Positions 19,938 to 29,485 of a stretch of DNA of 64,000 bases are shown here, in pieces. Source of the DNA: Longimicrobiales bacterium (GTDB taxonomy: Bacteria > Gemmatimonadota > Gemmatimonadetes > Longimicrobiales > Gaopeijiaceae); NCBI GenBank assembly GCA_965197725.1, contig CBDANQ010000051.1, forward strand, positions 1-64,000. Reading direction: 5' to 3'. The notes below the pieces were generated by a model that was not told the DNA's origin, did no database searches, and was given only the letters and a program-made list of their open reading frames with translations. Each line of letters begins with the position of its first letter. The stretch's first letter is position 1. Made by a program: the position numbers and the translations under genes.

Positions 19938-21057
19938 GTTCTCAGCCTCGGATCGAGGGCGTCCCGTAAGCCATCACCCACGAGGTTGAAAGAGAGCACC
20001 GTGAAGACGATGGCGAGGCCCGGAAACGTCGAGAGCCACCATGCGTCGAGAAGATAGGCACGACCATCAGCAACCATCGTACCCCACGAAGGTGTCGGCG
20101 GCTGGACACCCAGTCCAAGAAAGGATAGCCCCGCCTCGAGCACGATCGTATTCCCGATCCCGAGCGTGGCGGCAACGCACGGGTGTCAACACGTTCGGGA
20201 TCAGGTGTCGGAGAATGATCCGACGCTTCGGATAGCCCAACGCCTGAGCTGCCTGCACGAACTCTCGCTCCCTCAGGCTCAACACTTCACCCCGCACGAT
20301 ACGAGCGGTGCTGGGCCACAGCGTAAGGCCGAGTACCGCCACGATCAGAAAAATCGAAGGCTCGAAGATCGCAACGATCGTGATCAGCAAGACCAGTCGA
20401 GGAAACGAGATCACCATGTCTACGAAGCGCATGATGACGCCGTCCACGATCCCGCCCATGAAGCCCGCGATCGCCCCTAGTAGTGTCCCGATCGTCACGC
20501 TGATCCCGACCGCCAAGAATCCGATCGTCAAGGAGATGCGAGCGCCGAAGAGCAGGCGAGAAAAAACGTCGCGGGCGAACTGATCGGTTCCCAGCGGATG
20601 AGTCGCCGACATGCCCACGAGCCGCATACTGACGAGATCGTACTGGACACCGGGGTCGTGCGGCGCAATAAGCGGGGTCATGAGCGCAATCATGTACAGT
20701 GCGACAATCAAGATCAGCCCCGCTACCGCGGTCCGGTTCTTCGAGAACGCGCGCACCGCCAAATCCCACTTGGCTGACTCCCACGACCTTCAACTCCTGC
20801 GAGCGTCCCACGTCACGCCACGACCACACCCAACTCGCCAACAGCCCCGATGCCCCCGTGGCGACCGCCAACTGTTCGTCCCACGCCCCCACGGTGGCGG
20901 CCAGAAGTTCGCCGAAGCGGGTGACGGCGATCCACAGCATGCCGATCCATGTGAGCAGCGCCATGGTGCCGACACCCCATCGCCCATCGAGGAGCTGAGG
21001 CCCTCCGGGTAGCACTGCGGAGAGTGCGCGCCCACGCACCGATCGCGTCTCACTCAT
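19934..21057 (-). pseudogene. DppC-like ABC permease with extra N-terminal TM segments; two frameshifts
   Basis: Removing one base near 20770 restores GVSQWDLAVRAFSKN. Adding 2 bases near 20177 restores [25 protein letters not shown]. Confidence 0.85.
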
Positions 21058-22036
21058 AACGTATGCGCGGATCGATGACGGCGTAAAGAACGTCGGCTAC
21101 CAGATTCGCGAAAACGACGATCGTGGCAAAAAAGAACGTGCCCGCCATCACGAGCGGATAGTCCCGTGCGAAGATCGCGTCGACCAGTATACGACCCATG
21201 CCCGGCCATGCGAAAACGACCTCGATGAACACCGTGCCGCTGAAGAGCACCGGGATGTACAAACCGATGAGCGTGATGATCGGGATCACCGCATTTCGGA
21301 GCGCGTGCTTGAAGACGACGACACGCTCAGGGAGGCCCTTCGCGTGCGCGGTCCGCACGAAGTCCTGGCGAACGACCTCGAGCATACTACCCCGCATGTA
21401 GCGTGCGATGCCCGCCATGAGCACGAGAGCTAGCGACAGCGTGGGAAGAACGAGGTGCATCAAGCGGTCCTTGAAACGCGCCCCTGCCGAAAGAAAATCG
21501 TAGTCCACCCCCATCATGCCCGACGCCGGAAACCAGATCGGAAGATCCCACACGTTGCGCGCGAAAACGCTCATGGAGAGAATCAGCATGAGCGCGAGCC
21601 AAAACGACGGCATCGAGTAAAAGAAGAGGAGCACAACGCTCAGCCCCGCATCGGTCAAAGAGTACTGTCGGACCGCCTGAACAGTCCCCAGCACGACCCC
21701 CCCGGCGAACGCGACGAGCAGTGCAGACAGAGACAGAAGCAGCGTATTCGGGAAGAAATCCATGAGCACGGCGAGGACCGGCCGCGAGTGCGAAAACGAA
21801 TACCCGAAGTCTCCGGTGAGCATGGCGCCGAGCCATTTTGCATAGCGAATGTGGATCGGCTGATCTAGTCCGAAATTCACCCGCATTTGCTCGACGACTT
21901 CCTGCGACATGCCAGGGGACAACAACAACAGTGTGGGATCGCCCGGCGCGAGGTTCACCAGGAAGAAGATGATCGTCGAGATCCCCAGAACGAGCGGGAC
22001 CGCACCGACCAAGCGGCGAATAAGGTACTTCGTCAC
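21050..22036 (-). CDS. DppB-like ABC permease
   Basis: KYLIRRLVGAVP..LAPGDP, DFVRTAHAKGL..HALRNA and DPRIRYE; GTG start 22036. Confidence 0.92.
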   Translation of the reverse strand: MTKYLIRRLVGAVPLVLGISTIIFFLVNLAPGDPTLLLLSPGMSQEVVEQMRVNFGLDQPIHIRYAKWLGAMLTGDFGYSFSHSRPVLAVLMDFFPNTLLLSLSALLVAFAGGVVLGTVQAVRQYSLTDAGLSVVLLFFYSMPSFWLALMLILSMSVFARNVWDLPIWFPASGMMGVDYDFLSAGARFKDRLMHLVLPTLSLALVLMAGIARYMRGSMLEVVRQDFVRTAHAKGLPERVVVFKHALRNAVIPIITLIGLYIPVLFSGTVFIEVVFAWPGMGRILVDAIFARDYPLVMAGTFFFATIVVFANLVADVLYAVIDPRIRYE

Positions 22037-22062
22037 GCCGGTAGCTCTTTGGTCTCCGTTGC

Positions 22063-23770
22063 TCAGCGGCTCGCTGGGTCGATGTACCACGAGCGGATGT
22101 TCAACCAGTCCCCACGCGCGTCCATCTTCACGTTCTTCACCCGGCGGTTCACGCCGTCGAGTCGGTCGGGAAAGTAGAAGAACGTGTACGGCTGCTCCTC
22201 CATCAGCACCTGCTGATATTCGGCCCACAGGGCGATCGCTTCATCCCGGTCGACCACCAGGCTGAGCGCTTCGAGGAGACGATCGATTTCGGGGTTCCTC
22301 GTCCCCGACCACGCGAACGGCTGATCGATGCGCTCAGAGTGGAAGAGATCCATGTCGTCCAGCTTGAACTCGACGACCCATCCCATGACGACGCCGTCGA
22401 AGTCGCGCAGCTCCGGGGTGTTGATCTGCTGTAGGAGGGTCGCCCACTCGACCACCTGCGGCTGTACCGCAATCCCTATATCCGCGAGCTGCGCCTGCAT
22501 GATCTCCGCGATATCCTGACGCGCCTGGTTCCCCGTGTTGTACTTCACGGAGAAGGACAGCGGTAGACCGTCCACGTTCTCGCGGACGCCATCGCCGTCA
22601 CGGTCCGTCCATCCCGCTTCCTCGAGAAGAGCCTTCGCGCCCTCGGGATCGTAATCGATGGACTTCGCGACATCCGCGTCGTACGCCCAATGGAAGGGCG
22701 GCACACTGGAGTTCGCCACGATTCCGTAACCCTGCTGGATCGCCTGTACGATGCCTTCTCGATCCGTTCCCATTGTGATCGCCCGCCGTACCCGCGCATC
22801 GGCAAGCTGTGGCCTTCGCGCATTCCAACCCACGAGGACGTAGTTGCGGAAGGAATACCGCCTCAGCGCGAGATCCGGGGCATCGATGATCCGTCCGGCC
22901 TGATCGGGCCGAGGTCCGATGTAGATATCGACGCTCTCGGTTAGCAGATCAGCGAGCAGCGTCGTCTGCTCTGGGATGACCCGGAAGATGTATCGATCCA
23001 GAAACGGACGGCCGCCCAGCCCCGCTGGAAACGCCGGATTCGACTCGAACACCCATCGGTCCTGCGCGTTGTGCGAGGCGAATACGAAAGGCCCATTCCC
23101 GACCGGGCACTGACTCCCATACGGGTGCTGCTTGAGCCGCTCCGGAGGCACGTCGCCGAGAAGGTGCTCCGGCAAGATTCCGAGCGACCGGAACGGATCG
23201 AGGAGCTCGGCGTGCGGCTCCATCCGGATGCGTACGGTGAAGTCGTCGATGACCTTCGATACCCGCGGGTCCCTTCACGTAGTGATCCCAAAACACCGCA
23301 TTCGGGAAGGCCGTGAGTGGATTCGTAACCGTGACGTACGTGAACGCCACGTCGTGCGCGTCGGTCTGCTCACCATCGTGCCAGCGGACGTCACGGCGAA
23401 TGTGAAAGGTGACCGAAGTGTTGTCTTCGTCGATGTCCCACGACTCGGCGAGGTAGGGGCGCGGAGTTCCAGCCTCGTCGTAGTCGAGGAGCGTCATCAG
23501 GTTCACGAATTGATGATGCTGGGCCGACGTGTACCCCGACGAGACAGCCGAATTCATTCCGTCGGCCAGCTCGCCGATTCCGCCGACGACCACCGTGCCG
23601 CCGTAACGTGGATCATCAGGGGTGGCGTTCTCCGAGCGTGCCCGGGCCATGCAGGCATCGACCGCCGGTATCACCGCCTGGCAAAACGGGTCGTTCGACA
23701 CGACCGCTCCGTCCCCGCCACCGCACGCCGCCAGTACCGCTAGCGCCCCGAATGCCAAGAGCCTTCTCAT
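22063..23770 (-). pseudogene. Family 5 ABC substrate-binding lipoprotein (DppA-like), +1 frameshift near 23255
   Basis: Lipobox LAAC; PYLAESW and RWHDGEQTDAHDVAFT; removing one base restores IEVIDDFTVRIRM; PVGNGPF and DARVRRAI follow. Confidence 0.87.
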
Positions 23771-23799
23771 CGATTTCCCCCCTGTGTGTACGCCTTTCG

Positions 23800-23935
23800 T
23801 CACCAGGTCCATGGATCCTGCTGCGTAATGACCGTGGGACCCACTCTGTAGTTCCGCCAGGCGCGGCTGATCTCCCGTGAGAAGAATCGACCCGTGTCGC
23901 AACAGCGCCCCAGCGACGCGAGCCTGGGCAGCGCC
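23800..23935 (-). pseudogene. Short relic of a lipoate-protein ligase/octanoyltransferase (LipM/LplA-like) 3' end
   Basis: Reads GAAQARVAGALLRHGSILL (family GSAQ...LQHGSI motif), with a shifted-frame DPWTW-stop C-terminus. Confidence 0.6.
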
Positions 23936-24234
23936 CCGTCACGGATCACACGCTACGACAACGTCAAACCCAGAACTCGTACGTGGAGTGTCGCCTGCGT
24001 GACGGAAGCGCTGCCCACCGTTGAGGTCGATGAGAAATCCCGCCGGCAACGTCGTAAAGGACTCCGCGCCCGGAAGCTCGACCATGCCCCCAAGCGGGGC
24101 CGGCGTCCTCTTCACGCACCCGAACGGATCGTGAACGCCACAGCGGAATCAGATCCGCGACGTGGTCATGGCAGATGAGTACCCCCAGTCACGGAATACC
24201 GGTCCGCCGCTATCTCCTCCGCCGCTGGCGTAGT

Positions 24235-24430
24235 CCGCCGGGGCCGGACCCCTCCTGGAGGGGATCCGGCGGCTGACGGGGTTTTCGGCACCCACAGGCG
24301 ATGCGCGAGGACGGAGGGCCGGGGACAACCCTCATCGAAGCTGCGCGCCCAGGCCCGAGCCCCTACTTTATGGGTTCGCCGTAACCGAAGAGCCACGGGG
24401 TGAGCGTGGCCCACACTCTTTTAGAGGGGG
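24235..24430 (+). promoter_or_regulatory. Structured 5' leader (several hairpins) upstream of the hypothetical operon; family not recognised
   Basis: GCCGGACCCCTC-CTG-GAGGGGATCCGGC hairpin (24243-24270); GCCACG..CGTGGC hairpin (24392-24410); CTCT-TTT-AGAG next to the G-rich RBS. Confidence 0.35.
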
Positions 24431-24438
24431 GGGTAGCG

Positions 24439-25557
24439 ATGTCGATCAAGAAGACCTTCAACCTGGTGGCGGTCGGGCTCGTGGCTGGTGGACTCGTGGC
24501 CGGCACCGGCGACGTGGAGCGTACGCTGGTCTCCACGCTGACGGATGTCTCGCCAACGCCCGCATCGGTGGGCGCCCTGGCCTTCGGCCCAGAGAACATC
24601 CTCTTCGTGGGTGATACCAAGGGAGGCGCGATCTACGCCATGGACGTGGCCGACATGGCGCACGGCGACGGGGGAGCGGTCGAGCTCGACGGCCTCGACC
24701 GGAAAATCGCCAGCATGCTCGGGATCGCCGTGGAAGATCTCCTTATCTCCGACATGGCCGTGCATCCGAACGCGCAGACCGCCTACCTGTCCGTGATGCG
24801 AGGACGAGGGGAGGGTGCGACGCCCGTTCTCATGCGGGTCTCCGGAGACGGTACCATTCAGGAGGTGTCCTTCGACGGCATGCGCTATTCGGCCATGGAG
24901 CTAGATAACGCGCCCGGCCCGGATCAACGCTACGGCCAAGGCGCCTCCGCGCTGACGTACTCCATCACGGATCTGGCTTTCGTCGATGGTGAGGTCTTTG
25001 TCGCGGGACTGTCGAACGAGGAGTTCGCGTCCAACGTGCGCCGTCTTCCGTTCCCGTTCACGGGTGAGCATCTGTCCACCAGCCTAGAGATCTATCACGT
25101 CTCCCACGGCCAGAACGAGACCCACGCTCCGGTCATGACATTCATGGCAAGGGAGATCGAGAGCCGTACGCACATCCTGGCAGCGTACACATGCACGCCC
25201 CTGGTGCAGTTCTCCGCCGATAACCTGTCGGACGGCGAACACGTGATCGGAAAGACCATCGCCGAGCTGGGCGCCGGGAACCGGCCTCTGGACATGATCT
25301 CCTACGCGGTGAACGGGCAGGAGCGCATCCTGATCTCCAACAGCCGCCACCCGCTCATAAAGATCGATCCGGGCCACATTCCCGTCGCGACGAGCCTGGT
25401 AGATCCCACTCAGGAGACGGGCATTGGCTTCGAGACCATTCACGAGCCGGGTATCCGCCAGATGGACAACCTGAACGAGGACTACGTGCTCATTCTCCAG
25501 CAGGAAGGCCAGGACGGGCCCATGAACCTCAGGTCCTTGAACAAGGCCGCTCTCTAG
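24439..25557 (+). CDS. Secreted hypothetical protein, possibly beta-propeller-like
   Basis: Signal-like N-terminus; LAFGPENILFVGD, GLSNEEFAS, EIYHVSHGQNETHAP, AAYTCTPLV and ELGAGNRPLDM blocks; good coding-like GC3. Confidence 0.8.
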   Translation: MSIKKTFNLVAVGLVAGGLVAGTGDVERTLVSTLTDVSPTPASVGALAFGPENILFVGDTKGGAIYAMDVADMAHGDGGAVELDGLDRKIASMLGIAVEDLLISDMAVHPNAQTAYLSVMRGRGEGATPVLMRVSGDGTIQEVSFDGMRYSAMELDNAPGPDQRYGQGASALTYSITDLAFVDGEVFVAGLSNEEFASNVRRLPFPFTGEHLSTSLEIYHVSHGQNETHAPVMTFMAREIESRTHILAAYTCTPLVQFSADNLSDGEHVIGKTIAELGAGNRPLDMISYAVNGQERILISNSRHPLIKIDPGHIPVATSLVDPTQETGIGFETIHEPGIRQMDNLNEDYVLILQQEGQDGPMNLRSLNKAAL

Positions 25558-25573
25558 ACGAGAGATCGGCCCG

Positions 25574-26791
25574 ATGGGGTCCTGGAAGAGCAGGCGGTGG
25601 GCCGGGGCGCTGCTCGCCCTGGCCGTCGCCTTCTTCGTATGGCGCGGCATCGGCGTCCTAGTGCCCAGCCTCGACCGGAGCCGGGTCGACGGCAGCGATG
25701 ACGCAGGGCCGCCACGAATCGAGCTCGGGGAGGAGGGCGCCGCCGTGGTCGTTCTCGGGTTGGAATCGACCCTGATCGACGCCCTGAACCGCTCGGCCCC
25801 TTCGAGTGAGGGCTGGCAGTCGCTTTTTCCCATCCGGATCGCATCAGACGCCGACAGCGATCTTCCGATGATGCTCGGGGAGTACGCGGTGGAGGAAGAC
25901 CGGGTGGTTTTCCGCCCTCGCTTCGCGCTGGCCCCCGGCACGCCGTACACGGCACGCTTCGATCCCGGCGACCTTCTAGGAGCCGCGAGCTTCGCAGAGC
26001 TGGAGGCGGAACTCTCGGTTCCAATGGACGCCTCGGCACCGCCCACACGCGTCGTGCAGATCTACCCCACGGCGTCCATGGTGCCCATGAACCTGCTCAA
26101 GATGTACGTGCACTTTTCGGCACCGATGCGCTTCGGCGAGGCGTACCAGCACATCCACCTCCGTACCTCCGCTGGCGAGGTGGTCCCCGACGCCATCCTG
26201 GAGGTGCTGGAAGAGCTGTGGGACCCGGAGCGGCGCAGGCTGACGCTCCTGTTCGACCCAGGCCGTATCAAGCGGGACCTGGAACCCAACCTCACGCTCG
26301 GGCTCCCGCTAAGGGACGGCGAGAGCTACGTGCTGGAGATCGACGAGGGGTGGCGGGACGGATCAGGGAGGCCGCTTGCCGAGGGATTCTCCAAGGCGTT
26401 CTCCGTGGGAGCGGCAGACCGTGCGTCTCCGGACACCGACACGTGGACGGTCGGCGCACCGGCAGCCGGCTCGCGGGACCCGCTCGAGATCGTCTTTCCG
26501 GAGCCGATGGACCGCGCCCTGCTCGATCGTCTCATCACGGTGTTGACGGACCGGGGAGAGCGAGTCGAGGGCCGTATCGAGGTGACGGACCACGAGACCG
26601 TCTGGCGGCTCACCCTCGACCGCCCATGGGACGCTGGGAGCTACGTCATCGACGTCCACGCCGACCTGGAGGACCTGGCCGGAAACAACCTGGCTCACCT
26701 CTTCGACGTGGACTTGAGCCGGGACGTGCGTCTCAGCGAGGTCGAAGCCCGCGCGCGCCTTCCGTTCGAGGTGAGACGGGCTGAACGCTGA
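25574..26791 (+). CDS. Membrane-anchored hypothetical protein with Ig-like (Big_5/SbsA-like) domains
   Basis: N-terminal TM; FRPRFALAPGTPY, IYPTASMVPMNLLKMYVHFSAPM, LTLLFDPGRIKR, FPEPMD and LEDLAGN. Confidence 0.75.
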   Translation: MGSWKSRRWAGALLALAVAFFVWRGIGVLVPSLDRSRVDGSDDAGPPRIELGEEGAAVVVLGLESTLIDALNRSAPSSEGWQSLFPIRIASDADSDLPMMLGEYAVEEDRVVFRPRFALAPGTPYTARFDPGDLLGAASFAELEAELSVPMDASAPPTRVVQIYPTASMVPMNLLKMYVHFSAPMRFGEAYQHIHLRTSAGEVVPDAILEVLEELWDPERRRLTLLFDPGRIKRDLEPNLTLGLPLRDGESYVLEIDEGWRDGSGRPLAEGFSKAFSVGAADRASPDTDTWTVGAPAAGSRDPLEIVFPEPMDRALLDRLITVLTDRGERVEGRIEVTDHETVWRLTLDRPWDAGSYVIDVHADLEDLAGNNLAHLFDVDLSRDVRLSEVEARARLPFEVRRAER

Positions 26792-26963
26792 GCACCGGCG
26801 GTCTCGCCCGAGTCCGGCCGCGTCTGTCGGCTGCCCAAGCCGGCGCCGGACGGCCGCACGAAACTCCTGCTCTCTGCGCTTCAGCTCCTCCACATGATCA
26901 GCCGTGGGAACGGTCCACCCGGTTCGTCGATTGGAAGTAAAAGCTCCTTAACCCAAAGATGCC

Positions 26964-28100
26964 ATGCGTCGGGTCTCTCACGACAGCTTCTTGTTCGCCG
27001 TCTCCGTCGCCACCGTCGTCGGGGCATGCTCCGCTCAGGCCGACGCCCTGGGGCAGGAGAGCTGGAAGACCGATTTCTCGAAGCTCACGGTAGACTTCGC
27101 GGAGATCGTCTCTGGCGGGCCGCCGAAGGACGGCATTCCCGCGATCGACGATCCGCGTTTCGTGAGCATCGGTGACGCGAACCGCTTCCTCGATGGGAAC
27201 GAGCCCGTGGCGGTCGTGCGCAGGAACGGAGAGACGAAGGTCTATCCGCTTCAGATCCTGATCTGGCATGAGATCGTCAACGACTACGTGGGTGGGGACC
27301 CCGTGACCGTCACGTTCTGCCCGCTCTGCAACACCACGCTCGCGTTCGAGCGGCGCTTCGAGGGTCTCCTGCTGGATTTCGGCACCACGGGCCGCCTCCG
27401 TTTCTCGGACCTGGTGATGTACGACCGGCAGACCGAGACGTGGTGGCAGCAGGCGACGGGTGAGGGCATCGTCGGAGAGCACGCGGGCAAGCAGCTCGCT
27501 TTCGTGCCGTCTCCCGTCATGCGATGGAGCGATGTGAAGGAGCAGCTCCCCGCCGCCAAGGTTCTGTCACGCGACACCGGGTTCCCCAGCTACCGCGCGC
27601 GGTACGGGATCAACCCGTATCAGGGCTACGACACTCGAAGCGGCCCGATGGAGTGGACCTTCAGCGGTGACACACCGCCCCAGCTACCGCGCATGGAACG
27701 GATCGTGGCCCTCCACGAAGGTGGGGAGAGCTGGGCGGTTCCGTTCAGCGCGCTGAAGGAGGAGAAGGTCGTGCAGCTCGAGGTGGGGGGACGGGACGTC
27801 GTCGTCTTCTTCACGCCCGAGACGGTGAGCGCGCTGGATGCGAAGCGCATTTCGAGCAGCCGGTCGGTCGGCTCCTCCGCGGTTTACGAGCGAGCGGCCA
27901 GGGGCCAGACACTGACCTTCGAGCCGACAGGCGACGACGGCGCGTACCGCGACCGTGAGACGGGCTCGCTGTGGAGCTTCTCCGGGAGGGCCACCAGAGG
28001 GGAGCTCGCCGGCACACAGCTCACGGAGGTCCCGCACGGAAACCACTTCTGGTTCGCCTGGGCGGTGTTCAGGCCCGAGACGAAGGTGTGGAGGCGGTAA
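26964..28100 (+). CDS. DUF3179 domain protein (probable lipoprotein)
   Basis: SGGPPKDGIPAIDDPRF, YPLQILIWHEIVND, TFCPLCNT, LVMYDRQTETWWQQ and FWFAWAVFRPET. Confidence 0.9.
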   Translation: MRRVSHDSFLFAVSVATVVGACSAQADALGQESWKTDFSKLTVDFAEIVSGGPPKDGIPAIDDPRFVSIGDANRFLDGNEPVAVVRRNGETKVYPLQILIWHEIVNDYVGGDPVTVTFCPLCNTTLAFERRFEGLLLDFGTTGRLRFSDLVMYDRQTETWWQQATGEGIVGEHAGKQLAFVPSPVMRWSDVKEQLPAAKVLSRDTGFPSYRARYGINPYQGYDTRSGPMEWTFSGDTPPQLPRMERIVALHEGGESWAVPFSALKEEKVVQLEVGGRDVVVFFTPETVSALDAKRISSSRSVGSSAVYERAARGQTLTFEPTGDDGAYRDRETGSLWSFSGRATRGELAGTQLTEVPHGNHFWFAWAVFRPETKVWRR

Positions 28101-28140
28101 GCGCCGGCCGCTAGCCGACGCTGAGGTCGGTCGCCCATTG

Positions 28141-28230
28141 GTCCACATATGTGAGGTACCCGTGGGGGTCGTCGTTCTGTCCCCTCACCGTCTCCAAGAA
28201 GTGCTTAACCCGGCTTGCGAGTCGCTGCCG
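28141..28230 (-). pseudogene. Short relic resembling the C-terminus of a branched-chain aminotransferase (IlvE-like)
   Basis: Reads QRLASRVKHFLETVRGQNDDPHGYLTYV, similar to the IlvE tail pattern F..iv.G...D.hgWl..v; rest of gene absent. Confidence 0.45.
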
Positions 28231-28286
28231 TGCGGACAAGGTTACACGCGCCGAAGCAAATCGAGTTCCCCGGTTGAGGGCGGTCC

Positions 28287-28769
28287 TTGGCACTCAAGCA
28301 ATGTCCCGTCTGCGACCGCACGTTCCAGGAGCATCGGGCGCGCTGCCCCAACTGTGGTGCCGAGAACAGCCCGGACGCCGTCGCAGACGGAAAGGCCGGC
28401 GACGGTCTAGGCGGGTCGAGGGCGCGCTCCCTAGGAGTGCTTCTCCTGTTGGTTGTGCTCGCGGCGTTGAACGTCTGGCAGGCGAGGACCACCCCGAGCG
28501 GTCCGGATCCGGAAGAGGAGGCCCTGCACTCGTCGGAGGAGGCGCTTCAGAAGTGTCGAACGGCCCTCGAGGCGCAACTCTCGGGGCGGAGCTTCGAGAT
28601 CGTGAGCCCGTTCGACGTGGAGTACCTTCAGGGAGGGGAGTACGAAGTCACGGCAACACTGGATGTCGAGGACGGGGCCCGACGAGGCCGACGAGAGGTC
28701 CTGTGCGAACTCCAGTTCACGGCAGGGGCCGGATGGATCACGGAGCAGGTCCTGATCGATGGGCGCTGA
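28287..28769 (+). CDS. Hypothetical membrane protein with N-terminal zinc ribbon
   Basis: CPVC..CPNC, one TM helix, extracytoplasmic domain with two Cys. Confidence 0.75.
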   Translation: MALKQCPVCDRTFQEHRARCPNCGAENSPDAVADGKAGDGLGGSRARSLGVLLLLVVLAALNVWQARTTPSGPDPEEEALHSSEEALQKCRTALEAQLSGRSFEIVSPFDVEYLQGGEYEVTATLDVEDGARRGRREVLCELQFTAGAGWITEQVLIDGR

Positions 28770-28780
28770 CGCGCCGTAGG

Positions 28781-29227
28781 CTACTTCCAGCGCATCTCGG
28801 GCAGACCCGCGTATCCCTCCGGATACTCGTAGTGGTAATAGTGCGGCGACCCCGCATGCGCGATATGCATGTGAACGCGGGCCAGGTCGGGGTTCGCGCC
28901 GTCACGTAGGCCGAACTTGAGGAACGAGATGCCCTCGCTGAGGGCGAAGCCTTCGTTGAAGAGGTCGTCTTCGTCGTCCGGGTACTCGAAGTGCTCGTTG
29001 AAGTACCGCTCGATCTCGTCGAAGGCGTTGTGGAGCTCCGCGAGCGCGGCACTCTCGTAGGCTCGCTCGCGCACGGTATCGAGTCGCACGAGGCCGAAAC
29101 CCGCGAGGAGCCCGACGATCACCGTCACCATCAAGAGCTCGATAAGGGTGAACCCGCGGGTCGCACGGCCTTCGACTCCGCGAGCCCTTCCCTTCGGGGA
29201 GCCTCCAGATGAGACGTGTCGCTTCAT
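28781..29227 (-). CDS. Type IV pilin-like protein (prepilin N-terminal methylation motif)
   Basis: RG/FTLIELLMVTVIVGLLAGFG. Confidence 0.85.
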   Translation of the reverse strand: MKRHVSSGGSPKGRARGVEGRATRGFTLIELLMVTVIVGLLAGFGLVRLDTVRERAYESAALAELHNAFDEIERYFNEHFEYPDDEDDLFNEGFALSEGISFLKFGLRDGANPDLARVHMHIAHAGSPHYYHYEYPEGYAGLPEMRWK

Positions 29228-29485
29228 GGTAGTCAAGTGCTTAACATAATGGAGCCCGGCAGCGGCATGCGCTTGAGGAGACGCTATCCGAGGCCGTGTC
29301 GGCTGGCAAGAACGAGCGCTCCGCGCGCCAAGAGGGAGGTCCGCCGCCAAAGAGGATCGCTCCGCCCGCCTGAACCAGACACGGGAGGGGACGCCGTAGC
29401 GTCCCGACTTCCCACGAACATATCCCCAAGACTATTGTGGGCGCTCGCGAATTTCGAGGACCGGACCAGACGTCGAGGAAGAGCG

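Larger units (their letters stand above)
18373..20834. repeat. 1,231-bp tandem duplication (18373-19603 repeated at 19604-20834)
   Basis: Identical ORFs offset by 1231 nt; junction CACCCAAC|CGGAGTACAC at 19603/19604; two visible differences (18446 C vs 19677 T, 19331 G vs 20562 A). Confidence 0.95.

Noticed and set aside
24296..24390. Fluoride or c-di-GMP riboswitch
   Set aside because: Only scattered consensus words are present, not in the required order or pairing. Kept only as an unassigned structured leader.
26964..28100. Selenoprotein form of DUF3179
   Set aside because: The motif is CPLC with Cys codons; there is no in-frame TGA.
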